Shown here: in pieces, positions 1-7,571 of the stretch
How the letters are laid out: every line of letters begins with the position of its first letter
Numbering within the stretch: position 1 is the first letter of the stretch
Origin: Bdellovibrionota bacterium
GTDB taxonomy: Bacteria > Bdellovibrionota_C > UBA2361 > JBGSMV01
Direction: 5' to 3'
Assembly: GCA_041739995.1 (NCBI GenBank)
Contig: JBGSMV010000007.1
Coordinates: 1 to 15,009, forward strand
DNA: 15,009 bases
Made by a program: the position numbers and the translations under genes
The notes under the pieces: model-generated
What the model saw: only the letters and a program-made list of their open reading frames with translations
Told to the model about the DNA's origin: nothing
Database searches by the model: none

Positions 1-69
1 CAGCTACTCTCAAACCCATCAAACTTCGGAAGCAACTTCGCTCCCAGTTAAGACAGGTGCTTAAGCATG

Positions 70-135
70 CTTCGGTAACATCCAATTACGAGGCTTCAGA
101 TCAAGGCTCCTTCGGTAACACCTAATTGTGAGGCT
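70..135. repeat. Two imperfect 26-bp direct repeats with 40-bp period
   Basis: CTTCGGTAACATCCAATTACGAGGCT (70-95) vs CTTCGGTAACACCTAATTGTGAGGCT (110-135), 22/26 identical. Confidence 0.75.
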
Positions 136-185
136 CTCCGCGTGACCACTGTGTTAAAAATCCCTTATTCAAAACGCCACCAACT

Positions 186-210
186 GCGAGTCCAGCAGCG
201 CTGGACTCGC
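186..210 (-). terminator. GC-rich hairpin abutting the SCP2 gene stop codon; possible terminator or mRNA-stabilising stem
   Basis: Perfect 11-bp inverted repeat GCGAGTCCAGC (186-196) / GCTGGACTCGC (200-210) with a 3-nt loop, directly after the TAG at 211-213. There is no immediate U-tract. Confidence 0.45.
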
Positions 211-1083
211 CTAAACTGGCGGCGCCACAAGATTGAAGAAATAAATCCCCAAAGCGGCCTGCCCCTCGATCTTCATACGATCAGAGAGCATCGTTATCTG
301 CGGATTCAATTCACCGTTGGCAATTCGCAAAAGAATCTGCTCATGAATAGAAATCGTACAATCGAATGGCCCCGCAGAATCCGCATCTAGGCGAGACATT
401 TTCGGCGCATCACCAGACCAGTCCAGCAGGTATTTGGTTTCTGTTGTTCTGCGGTCAGCGCCAGTCGCGACTCGGATCACAATCTTTCCATTGATGTTCT
501 GGCGAAGTTTCTCTTCGGCACGCTCAAGACGCCACGGCACTTCGGAAAGTAGTAACTCTTCAGAGCTACTTGGCGCTGGTCGACGCTCGTTACCTTGTAG
601 TGGTGCGCCTCGACCAGATCGTTGACGTCCAGCAGGCGGAACGCCCCCGGCACGCGAAGGCCCTGAACGTTGAGACGGTGAGTTATTGCCCTCCGAACGG
701 TCTTGCTCCTCGTCCTCGGAACTATCTAATTCCTCTGAATCATCCGAAGAGTCCTCTTCGTTTGACCCGTCCGCATCATTTGTACGGTCCGACGATCCCT
801 CTTCAGAGTCCTCATCGGCATCGTCCCAGTCCTGGTCGACTCGACGCACAGGCTCATCGTCATCCTCAAACTGAGTAGGTTCCATGTCCAAGTCGTCTAA
901 AGATTCATCTCGGGAGTCAGTTCCGCTCGCTCCGCCAGAAACAGCCCCGGAGGAGCCGCTGGATGGACGAGAACCTGACGTAGCTCCACGAGGGGACTCG
1001 GAAACTCGACGCGTTCCGGTAGCCGCACGTCGAGGAGGCACTGAACTAGGAGGTGCTGAACTTGGAGGTTTTGTGTCGTTCAT
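211..1083 (-). CDS. SCP2 sterol/lipid-binding domain protein with long acidic, low-complexity N-terminal region
   Basis: The C-terminal ~110 aa (FDCTISIHEQILLRIANGELNPQITMLSDRMKIEGQAALG) fit the SCP2 pattern DCTI...G.LNPQ.A...G..KI.G. Start moved from the GTG at 1113, which lies inside the repeat element, to the ATG at 1083, which has AAGGA 8 nt upstream. Confidence 0.8.
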   Translation of the reverse strand: MNDTKPPSSAPPSSVPPRRAATGTRRVSESPRGATSGSRPSSGSSGAVSGGASGTDSRDESLDDLDMEPTQFEDDDEPVRRVDQDWDDADEDSEEGSSDRTNDADGSNEEDSSDDSEELDSSEDEEQDRSEGNNSPSQRSGPSRAGGVPPAGRQRSGRGAPLQGNERRPAPSSSEELLLSEVPWRLERAEEKLRQNINGKIVIRVATGADRRTTETKYLLDWSGDAPKMSRLDADSAGPFDCTISIHEQILLRIANGELNPQITMLSDRMKIEGQAALGIYFFNLVAPPV

Positions 1084-1096
1084 AGATTGATTCCTT

Positions 1097-1183
1097 CTAG
1101 GAGTCTGTGCCACAGACGACGACGTCCCGCTGTAGCCTTCTCGAATATAGGTGCTACCGAAGATAGCCTAGGCGAAGCCGGAC
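1097..1183 (-). mobile_element. Partial, inverted, diverged copy of the CTAG-bounded MITE-like element (one terminal repeat plus the 60-nt hairpin core)
   Basis: CTAG-GAGTCTGTG..CACAGACGACGACGTCCCGC matches the reverse complement of the right end of 4794-4919. The core at 1124-1183 is 60 nt, as in copy 2. No second terminal repeat is seen. Confidence 0.75.
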
Positions 1184-1302
1184 TGCTCGGTTCACCCCTA
1201 TATCACAAACTCCGATTGCGATACCTTACGCTAAGAATCGAGTCGCTCACAACAAGGCTAGATAGAGGCTTTTGAGGGCTTCAATCAACCGGTCCAAAAG
1301 CA

Positions 1303-1995
1303 ATGAACCGATCAAAATCAGCTCAGAATCAGCACCAGAGCGACGGCAAGCCCGGTTCGGGGACGACAGTACCCATCATCGCTATCACCGGCTCCATGGG
1401 AAGCGGCAAGAGCGCTCTTGCTGCTGAGCTCGAAACCCTGGGCGCATTCATTATCGACGCCGATGTCCTTGCCCGTGAGGTAGTGGCTCCCGGCTCAGCG
1501 GGCCAGCTCGCAGTGCAAGCTGAGTTCGGAGCCCAGTTCATACTGCCTGATGGAAACCTGAATCGGACAGAACTTGGGCGTCTGGTCTTCTCATCACCCG
1601 AGAAATTGCATCGACTAGAAAGCATTCTACACCCTCTCGTCGCTGCTCAATTTAGAGATCGTATTGCCAAGATACTAAATAGCGACCAGCCTCCTGCTTT
1701 GATCGCATACGTGGTGCCGCTTTTGTTCGAGAAGAACCTATCCCTCGATCTATATACGGCCACCGTAGTGGTCACCGCGTCGGATCAGGAGAAGATTCGT
1801 AGAGTAACTGCCCGCGACAAACTCTCCCCTGAGATGATCAATCTACGCCTCTCAGCGCAGCTGCCTGACTCAACCAAGGCCCAGCGCGCCGACATCGTAA
1901 TCGAGAACAACGGCACGCTCTTGGAGCTACGACAAAGGGCACTCGACCTATTTAGCTCCTTTGTTCCGAATACTGCTTCAGAGCCCAATACTTAG
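1303..1995 (+). CDS. coaE: Dephospho-CoA kinase
   Basis: IIAITGSMGSGKS P-loop, IIDADVLAREVV, LNRTELGRLVF, LESILHPLV, VPLLFE, RLSAQLP, ADIVIENNG. Confidence 0.95.
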   Translation: MNRSKSAQNQHQSDGKPGSGTTVPIIAITGSMGSGKSALAAELETLGAFIIDADVLAREVVAPGSAGQLAVQAEFGAQFILPDGNLNRTELGRLVFSSPEKLHRLESILHPLVAAQFRDRIAKILNSDQPPALIAYVVPLLFEKNLSLDLYTATVVVTASDQEKIRRVTARDKLSPEMINLRLSAQLPDSTKAQRADIVIENNGTLLELRQRALDLFSSFVPNTASEPNT

Positions 1996-2168
1996 GGGAA
2001 ACTTGGGGAATCCCAGTTTGAGGGCAAGAACATGGGCCCTCTCGGAAAAGCCGGCTTGCGTGCTCGAAGTACACAACCTGGGTTCTAAAAATGACCCCGT
2101 TCTGCTAGGCTCTGGCCCAGCTGGACGCCTATTTAGAGAAGATTGTTTAGATACAGGGTTTAGGAGAC

Positions 2169-3947
2169 ATGGCTATCGCATCTGAAACCGTCGCATCTGA
2201 AACCGTCGCTTCTGAGACCTCACGTTCCGAAGACTCCACGCAGTCATCTCCTCGCTTTGATTCCGAGCTATCTGAATCCGTGGTCACCACTACGGCCGAG
2301 CTGATAGACGAACATGAGACGGGTGCAGACAGAGCTCCGCTTCCGAAGCTATTTAAACGCACTGCTGTCTTTGTGCTGTTCAGCTCCCTGTTGCTCATGC
2401 CTCTAGCCTTCGGCGGCGTTCACCCTTCTGCGTACTTGCTAGAGCGTATTACTATTTGTGCCGTTCTTTTGATCATGTGGGCTCAGGCCAAAGGCCGGGT
2501 CCTTGCCACATTCCAAAGCGGCTCAGCAAGTTCTCTAATCTGCTCCGGAATTCTTCTTTTTTGCGCTGTCGCGCTGTTCAACGCTCTCGTTCTTTCACTT
2601 CAGTCGATCAGCCATCCCGTGCTCGGAACGGTTGGTAGCCTTGCGTCGTGGGACGCAGTGCGCGAGGGCTTGTTTTCCATGCTCACTTTTTGCGCACTTT
2701 TCGCGGTAATCAGAGGCTGGATGGGCTCTCAGCAGCACCTCGCAGACTCCTTGCACCGCTTGCTGCTCTTTATTGGCTTGGTGATAAGTCTGACGGCCTT
2801 AAGCCATTGGTTCTATGACAACGGCAAGTTGTTTTGGACCTTCGAGCCACAGACTGTCTTCACCTCCACTAGAGCTCGGTGGCCGTTTGTAAACTCAAAC
2901 CATCTCGGACACTTTTTACTTCCGGTTATCTTCATCGCACTGGGAACTCTCAGGGCGTTGAGTCATGACTTACGCTCGGTGGCTTTATCTACCCAAAAAG
3001 CCAACAAGCGCTCCTGGAAATTGCTGCTACAGAGCACTCGAGTGCAAAACCGAATAATACGCATTGCGCTTCTCTCAGCGGTTGTCATCACTGCGACAAT
3101 CGCCATCATCGCATCACTTTCTCGTGGTGCCTGGCTGGGTACTGGGGTGGGCATTTTCGTTTTCCTAGTGCTACGCCACTTGTCATTTGCGCAGACCAGC
3201 TCGGCCAAATCGCCTTGGCAGTTCTTTAAATCCGCAGCTTCCTTCGGGGGCAATGACCACGGCGCTGAGTCCAATGGCGCGCATGCTGAAAGGACCGGCC
3301 CCGCCCACAGCGGCATGTCCCGTCGCAGAAAGAAGAATCCCGGACGTGTATCAATGCCGCTCTCAGCCGACTCCATTTCACAGACATTTGCGCGCACCTC
3401 TCGCTTCGCAATTCCGCTCTTTTTTCTGTTCGGATTAGCACTCACCTACTTCTTTCTCTTTGGACGTGGCTCGGAGCTTTTTCTTGATCGCCTCCAGTAC
3501 GGTCTATTGTATTCGCACTCTGATCTTCGTTGGCAGCTCTACCAAGACACCTTGGGAATGCTTCAAGGTCATTGGTTTTTGGGAGTGGGCTTAGGCTGTT
3601 GGTCCTTCTTTTATTCTTCCTATGCCGATCTAGGGATGAGCGGAATGACTCCGGTGTACCTGCACTCCGACCCCTATCAGGTGCTGGTCGAGACCGGTGT
3701 CTTTGGAGCAGCTATTTTAGGTAGCCTCGTCGTCATAATCTCTAAGCAAGTGGTGACCTGCGTATATGGCTCAGAAGGCCACGGTGTATCGGTTCTGATT
3801 GGGGCTTTCTGTGGCCTGGTCGCACTCATGGTCGCAAGCCTGGTGGACTTTCCATTTCACATTCCCGCGATAGCTTCACTAGCCGCGGCATGTCTAGCGC
3901 TGATTGCGTTCTACCTAGACAAACAGGAATTGAACACTGCAAGTTGA
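2169..3947 (+). CDS. O-antigen ligase / O-oligosaccharyltransferase family (Wzy_C) polytopic membrane protein
   Basis: Many hydrophobic segments. Motifs RARWPFVNSNHLG, SLSRGAWLG, LRWQLY...FLGVGLG, LHSDPYQVLVETGVFG and LVDFPFHIPA. AGGAG lies just upstream of the ATG. Confidence 0.88.
   Translation: MAIASETVASETVASETSRSEDSTQSSPRFDSELSESVVTTTAELIDEHETGADRAPLPKLFKRTAVFVLFSSLLLMPLAFGGVHPSAYLLERITICAVLLIMWAQAKGRVLATFQSGSASSLICSGILLFCAVALFNALVLSLQSISHPVLGTVGSLASWDAVREGLFSMLTFCALFAVIRGWMGSQQHLADSLHRLLLFIGLVISLTALSHWFYDNGKLFWTFEPQTVFTSTRARWPFVNSNHLGHFLLPVIFIALGTLRALSHDLRSVALSTQKANKRSWKLLLQSTRVQNRIIRIALLSAVVITATIAIIASLSRGAWLGTGVGIFVFLVLRHLSFAQTSSAKSPWQFFKSAASFGGNDHGAESNGAHAERTGPAHSGMSRRRKKNPGRVSMPLSADSISQTFARTSRFAIPLFFLFGLALTYFFLFGRGSELFLDRLQYGLLYSHSDLRWQLYQDTLGMLQGHWFLGVGLGCWSFFYSSYADLGMSGMTPVYLHSDPYQVLVETGVFGAAILGSLVVIISKQVVTCVYGSEGHGVSVLIGAFCGLVALMVASLVDFPFHIPAIASLAAACLALIAFYLDKQELNTAS
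2176..2220 (+). repeat. 3 x 15-bp in-frame tandem repeat (ASETV ASETV ASETS)
   Basis: TCGCATCTGAAACCG, TCGCATCTGAAACCG, TCGCTTCTGAGACCT. Confidence 0.9.
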
Positions 3948-4248
3948 TTCACGACTACTCTTCTCCATTTATCGAACCCTTCTCCGAGAAGCCCTAATCG
4001 TAATTACTAATGACCTCTCTACAGCAGGGATGGCACCTTTCGCACGGACAGCGAACATCACGTTCTTGAGGCCTTGGGGCGTTGAAACCTCAAAGCCATC
4101 AAGCAGGCGGTAGATGAATTCATTAGAGGTCAAGTTTTTCGCGGTATTAGTCGACCGCACCTCTGAGTTTGTTGCGCTAGTTCCCCCTAGAAGTATTACC
4201 GGGAAACGGCATCAGAGCCTTTTGAGACCGCTTCAGGGACACGCACGC

Positions 4249-4797
4249 ATGAGTCATCGTAGGCCATCAAAATTCCTCTTCTCGTTGGCAACCTGGGCCC
4301 TCACGCTAATATTTGCGTGTCAGGTTCCTGTGGCATCAGCGGAAATCCAAACCTCCACTCTCGAAATTCGAGACACCTCAGGAGTCACTCGCAACGTTTC
4401 AGACGTTGAAACTGCAGGTGACGTAGAATTTTCACTAGAAGACCAGTCGGGCATGCCAGCGCAGGGCGCTGAAGTAACCTTGACCAACGAAGCAACCGGA
4501 GAGGTTTTAAGAGCAGTCAGCGCAAATGGCGTGGTTAAGATAACCGGGGTTGCTCCAGGCACCTGGGTCGTTGCTTCTACTACGCCGGGCATCACGTTTA
4601 CCTCCGTCACCGTACTCTCAGCGACTGCGGTTGCGGGCAGCTTCGGCGGCACGGCCATTCTCGGAATGAACATTCCGACCGCGATAGGAGCCGGGTTAGG
4701 TACTGCAGCAGCCGTAGCGGGTGGAACAGTGGCTATTGTTCATGCGACAGACGGCGATAGCGACAATGACGACGACGTCATGTCCCCTATTCTCTAG
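4249..4797 (+). CDS. Secreted protein: signal peptide, prealbumin/carboxypeptidase-regulatory-like beta-sandwich, Gly/Ala-rich hydrophobic segment, acidic tail ending MSPIL
   Basis: Starting at M46 of the track ORF gives a typical signal peptide (MSHRRPSKFLF...VASA). The pattern D.SG.P..GAEVTLTN..TG.....S.NG......V.PGTW is typical of that fold. Confidence 0.75.
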   Translation: MSHRRPSKFLFSLATWALTLIFACQVPVASAEIQTSTLEIRDTSGVTRNVSDVETAGDVEFSLEDQSGMPAQGAEVTLTNEATGEVLRAVSANGVVKITGVAPGTWVVASTTPGITFTSVTVLSATAVAGSFGGTAILGMNIPTAIGAGLGTAAAVAGGTVAIVHATDGDSDNDDDVMSPIL

Positions 4798-4919
4798 GAG
4801 TCTGTGACGCAGCCATGTTTATGAGAGTCCGCCTTCGCTCCCATGTTCCTGTCCTGCCATTTAATTCGAGCGGGCTTCGGCGGGACGTCGTCGTCTGTGC
4901 CTGTGTCACAGACTCCTAG
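4794..4919 (+). mobile_element. 126-bp MITE-like element with 15-bp terminal inverted repeats and CTAG at both ends
   Basis: CTAG|GAGTCTGTGACGCAG...CTGTGTCACAGACTC|CTAG (14/15 match between the ends). The left CTAG contains the stop codon of the upstream gene. No coding capacity. Confidence 0.85.
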
Positions 4920-4964
4920 CATTCTCCACTTTCTGAACTGAATGGGTAGGCGCAATGAATGCTG

Positions 4965-5948
4965 CTAGCTGCGCATTGCCGCAATCGTTCGTCGTAGTCC
5001 TTCCTCAATTCGAATGTCCGGCTCATAGCCAAGACTCTTTGAAGCCAAACTAACGTCGGCCCTAGAATGTCGCACATCGCCGCTGCGGAAAGGCTCGTAG
5101 CGCGGTTCTCCACCGACGCCAGCAAGCTTCACGATCATACTATGAAGTTCGTTCAAGCTGGTCTCGTCGCCTACTGCTATGTTGTAGGCAGTTCCACAAC
5201 TGTCCTTAGGGCAGCACGCCGCTCTTAAATTGGCGTTGACTACGTTGTCGATGAAGCAAAAATCTCGGCTGGTCTTCCCGTCCCCGTAAATCACACAGGG
5301 GACCCCTTTTAGCACCGAGTCAATCCAGCGCGGAATTACCGCGGCATAATCTCCTTCGGGGTTCTGGCGGGGACCGAACACATTAAAGTACCGAAGCCCC
5401 ACGGTTTCTAATCCGTACAGATCAAAGAACAGTCGCGCATAGACTTCGCCAAAAGCCTTAGTCGCCGCATACGGAGAAAGCACACGCCCAGTATCTTCTT
5501 CGCGCTTCGGACTGGCCGCCGAGTCTCCGTAAACCGAACTAGACGAGGCGTACACCACACGAGACACCCCCATCCTTCGGGCCGTATCAAACACCTGCAA
5601 AGTTCCATCAACGTTATTGTAATTGCTCTTTATAGGATCTTCGACCGAGCGCTTCACTGACCCAAGTGCTGCTTGATGCAAGATAACATTTACGCCCTTA
5701 CAGGCCCGCTCCAAACACTCGCCGTCGGCAACGTCGCCCTCGATAAAGGTAAAATTAGAGTAGCGCTCGCCAGTGAGTTGTTTCACCCGTTCAAGATTAG
5801 ATTGAAATCCGGTCGAAAAATTATCGACTCCGACCACGCGTTGACCAAGCGACAACAGTCGCTCCAGCAAATGAGAGCCAATAAAACCAGCGACGCCGGT
5901 CACCAAAAATGTGGTGTCTTTTAACGATGTGTCTTTAAGCTCAATCAT
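4965..5948 (-). CDS. wbpP: UDP-GlcNAc(A) 4-epimerase, WbpP/TviC-like extended SDR
   Basis: LVTGVAGFIGS, HQAALGSVKRSVEDP, YASSSSVYGD, SPYAATK, GLRYFNVFGPRQNPEGDYAAVIPRW, GDGKTSRDF, GDVRHSRAD. Confidence 0.9.
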   Translation of the reverse strand: MIELKDTSLKDTTFLVTGVAGFIGSHLLERLLSLGQRVVGVDNFSTGFQSNLERVKQLTGERYSNFTFIEGDVADGECLERACKGVNVILHQAALGSVKRSVEDPIKSNYNNVDGTLQVFDTARRMGVSRVVYASSSSVYGDSAASPKREEDTGRVLSPYAATKAFGEVYARLFFDLYGLETVGLRYFNVFGPRQNPEGDYAAVIPRWIDSVLKGVPCVIYGDGKTSRDFCFIDNVVNANLRAACCPKDSCGTAYNIAVGDETSLNELHSMIVKLAGVGGEPRYEPFRSGDVRHSRADVSLASKSLGYEPDIRIEEGLRRTIAAMRS

Positions 5949-5951
5949 TAC

Positions 5952-6014
5952 TCACCAAGTCACTGTTCACTGAGTCACTGTTCACTGGGTCACTGTTCAC
6001 CGAAACACTGTTCA
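5952..6014. repeat. 4 x 15-bp intergenic tandem repeat between wbpO and wbpP
   Basis: TCACCAAGTCACTGT, TCACTGAGTCACTGT, TCACTGGGTCACTGT, TCACCGAAACACTGT, then TCA. Confidence 0.9.
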
Positions 6015-6029
6015 GAAGGAACATGCCGT

Positions 6030-7310
6030 CTACAGGCACCAATAGGTCATTGCAGGGGGGACGGCTGCTCGGTCCAGTACTGATTTCACGTCAATAAGAA
6101 TCCCGTCGGCCTTCAATCCCTGGCACAACTCCGGCAACGCCATCCCGCGATACTCTCTGTGTCCGACGGCCAGTACTAGCGCATCGAGGTCTCTCAAATC
6201 TTCCCAATTACTAAGACTCAGCTGGTACTCATGTTTCACTTCCTCAGGCCGAGCTCCGGGGTCATGGATGATCGCCTCAATCCCGAACTCCGAAAGTTCC
6301 CTGACCATATCCGGAATTCTGCTATTGCGGATGTCGCTCACATCCTCTTTAAACGTAAGCCCAAGCATACCGACACGTGCGCCCTTAACCGGTGTGCCCT
6401 TCTGCACTAGAAGTTTTACAATTTTTTGTGCAATCCAGGGGCCCATGCCGTCGTTAATGCGACGTCCTGCAAGAATAACCTGAGGGTGATACCTCAGCTG
6501 CTCTGCCTTGGTGGTCAGATAGTAGGGATCCACGCCAATGCAGTGACCACCAACTAGGCCTGGGGTGAAGGGCATGAAATTCCATTTTGTTCTGGCCGCC
6601 GCGAGCACATCGCGAGAAGCAATCCCGATACGGTCAAAAATAATGGCAAGCTCATTCATGAGCGCAATGTTGAGATCTCGCTGTGTGTTCTCAATGACTT
6701 TTGCAGCTTCCGCAACCGCGATCGAGGGAGCCTCATGAATGCCGGCGGTAACGATACTTCCATAAACGCTGGCTACAAGCTTGAGCGTCGCTGCGTCCTC
6801 TCCGGCTACTACTTTCACAATCTTATCTACCGAGTGCTCTTTATCGCCTGGATTCATACGCTCAGGAGAGTACCCAAGCTTAAAGTCCTTGCCTCTTTTT
6901 AGTCCGGAACTCTTCTCAAGCCATGGCCCACACAGATCTTCAGTCAGCCCAGGATAAACGGTTGACTCAAAAACTATCGTGGTTCCCGGACGAAGAATCG
7001 GCCCGAGCGCTTCACAAGCACTGCGCAGCGGACGAAGGTCAGGATTATGATTCTCATCGACCGGTGTAGGAACGGTCACTATCAAGAAGTTGCAGCCCTC
7101 CAGCTCAGTAGCACTTTGAACCAACGTCACATCGGACGCCTGAATTTCAGCGTCGAGTCCCTCATCTGTAGGATCTTTGCCCGCAAGCAGTGCTGATATC
7201 TTCTGCTTGTCGATATCGAAACCGACGGTGCCTGGGAACTTTCTGGCAAGTGCCAGGGCAAGCGGAAGACCCACATAGCCAAGCCCTACCACTCCTATTT
7301 TTACGTCCAT
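6030..7310 (-). CDS. wbpO: UDP-N-acetylhexosamine 6-dehydrogenase, WbpO/TviB-like
   Basis: GLGYVGLPLA, VPTP, ESTVYPG, YSPER, AEAAKVIENTQRDLNIA, catalytic GGHCIGVDPYYL, GLTFKEDVSDIRNS. GGAG SD upstream. Confidence 0.92.
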   Translation of the reverse strand: MDVKIGVVGLGYVGLPLALALARKFPGTVGFDIDKQKISALLAGKDPTDEGLDAEIQASDVTLVQSATELEGCNFLIVTVPTPVDENHNPDLRPLRSACEALGPILRPGTTIVFESTVYPGLTEDLCGPWLEKSSGLKRGKDFKLGYSPERMNPGDKEHSVDKIVKVVAGEDAATLKLVASVYGSIVTAGIHEAPSIAVAEAAKVIENTQRDLNIALMNELAIIFDRIGIASRDVLAAARTKWNFMPFTPGLVGGHCIGVDPYYLTTKAEQLRYHPQVILAGRRINDGMGPWIAQKIVKLLVQKGTPVKGARVGMLGLTFKEDVSDIRNSRIPDMVRELSEFGIEAIIHDPGARPEEVKHEYQLSLSNWEDLRDLDALVLAVGHREYRGMALPELCQGLKADGILIDVKSVLDRAAVPPAMTYWCL

Positions 7311-7360
7311 TTGCTGCTCTCCATTGAGGAGGCAAAGCTAGCATGGGCGCAAAGGAGGTT

Positions 7361-7542
7361 CTAGGAGTCTGCGACACAGCTCTATTTATGATGGTCCGCC
7401 TTCGCCCGAATGCCCCTGTGCAGCCATTTAAATCTCAGAGACTTCCCCCTTCCTCGTTCGCGAAGGCTACGAAGGATAGGAAAGCTTCGGGGGACAAGTC
7501 GGCAGGACGTCGTCGTCTGTGCCTGCTGTCACAGACTCCTAG
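7361..7542 (+). mobile_element. 182-bp copy of the same MITE-like element with a 55-bp internal insertion (7444-7498)
   Basis: The first 83 nt align without gaps to 4794-4876 (62/83 by hand count). The last 44 nt match 4877-4919 with one mismatch and one indel. CTAG at both ends. Confidence 0.85.
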
Positions 7543-7571
7543 GAGCCAGTTCGCCATCCTGTTAGGCCGCC

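Noticed and set aside
1..19. Minus-strand ATG giving MGLRVA, like the start of a Rossmann-fold enzyme running off the window
   Set aside because: Only six codons are visible and there is no clear SD, so it cannot be supported.
70..135. Possible CRISPR array
   Set aside because: Only two imperfect units, a 14-nt spacer and no cas genes in the window.
4031..4046. TGGCAC as a sigma-54 -24 element upstream of the SPIL gene
   Set aside because: No TTGC at the required spacing.
7331..7355. GGCAAA...GGGCGCAAAG resembling a c-di-GMP-I riboswitch
   Set aside because: No GNRA-capped stem or second hairpin, and it is antisense to the adjacent wbpO.
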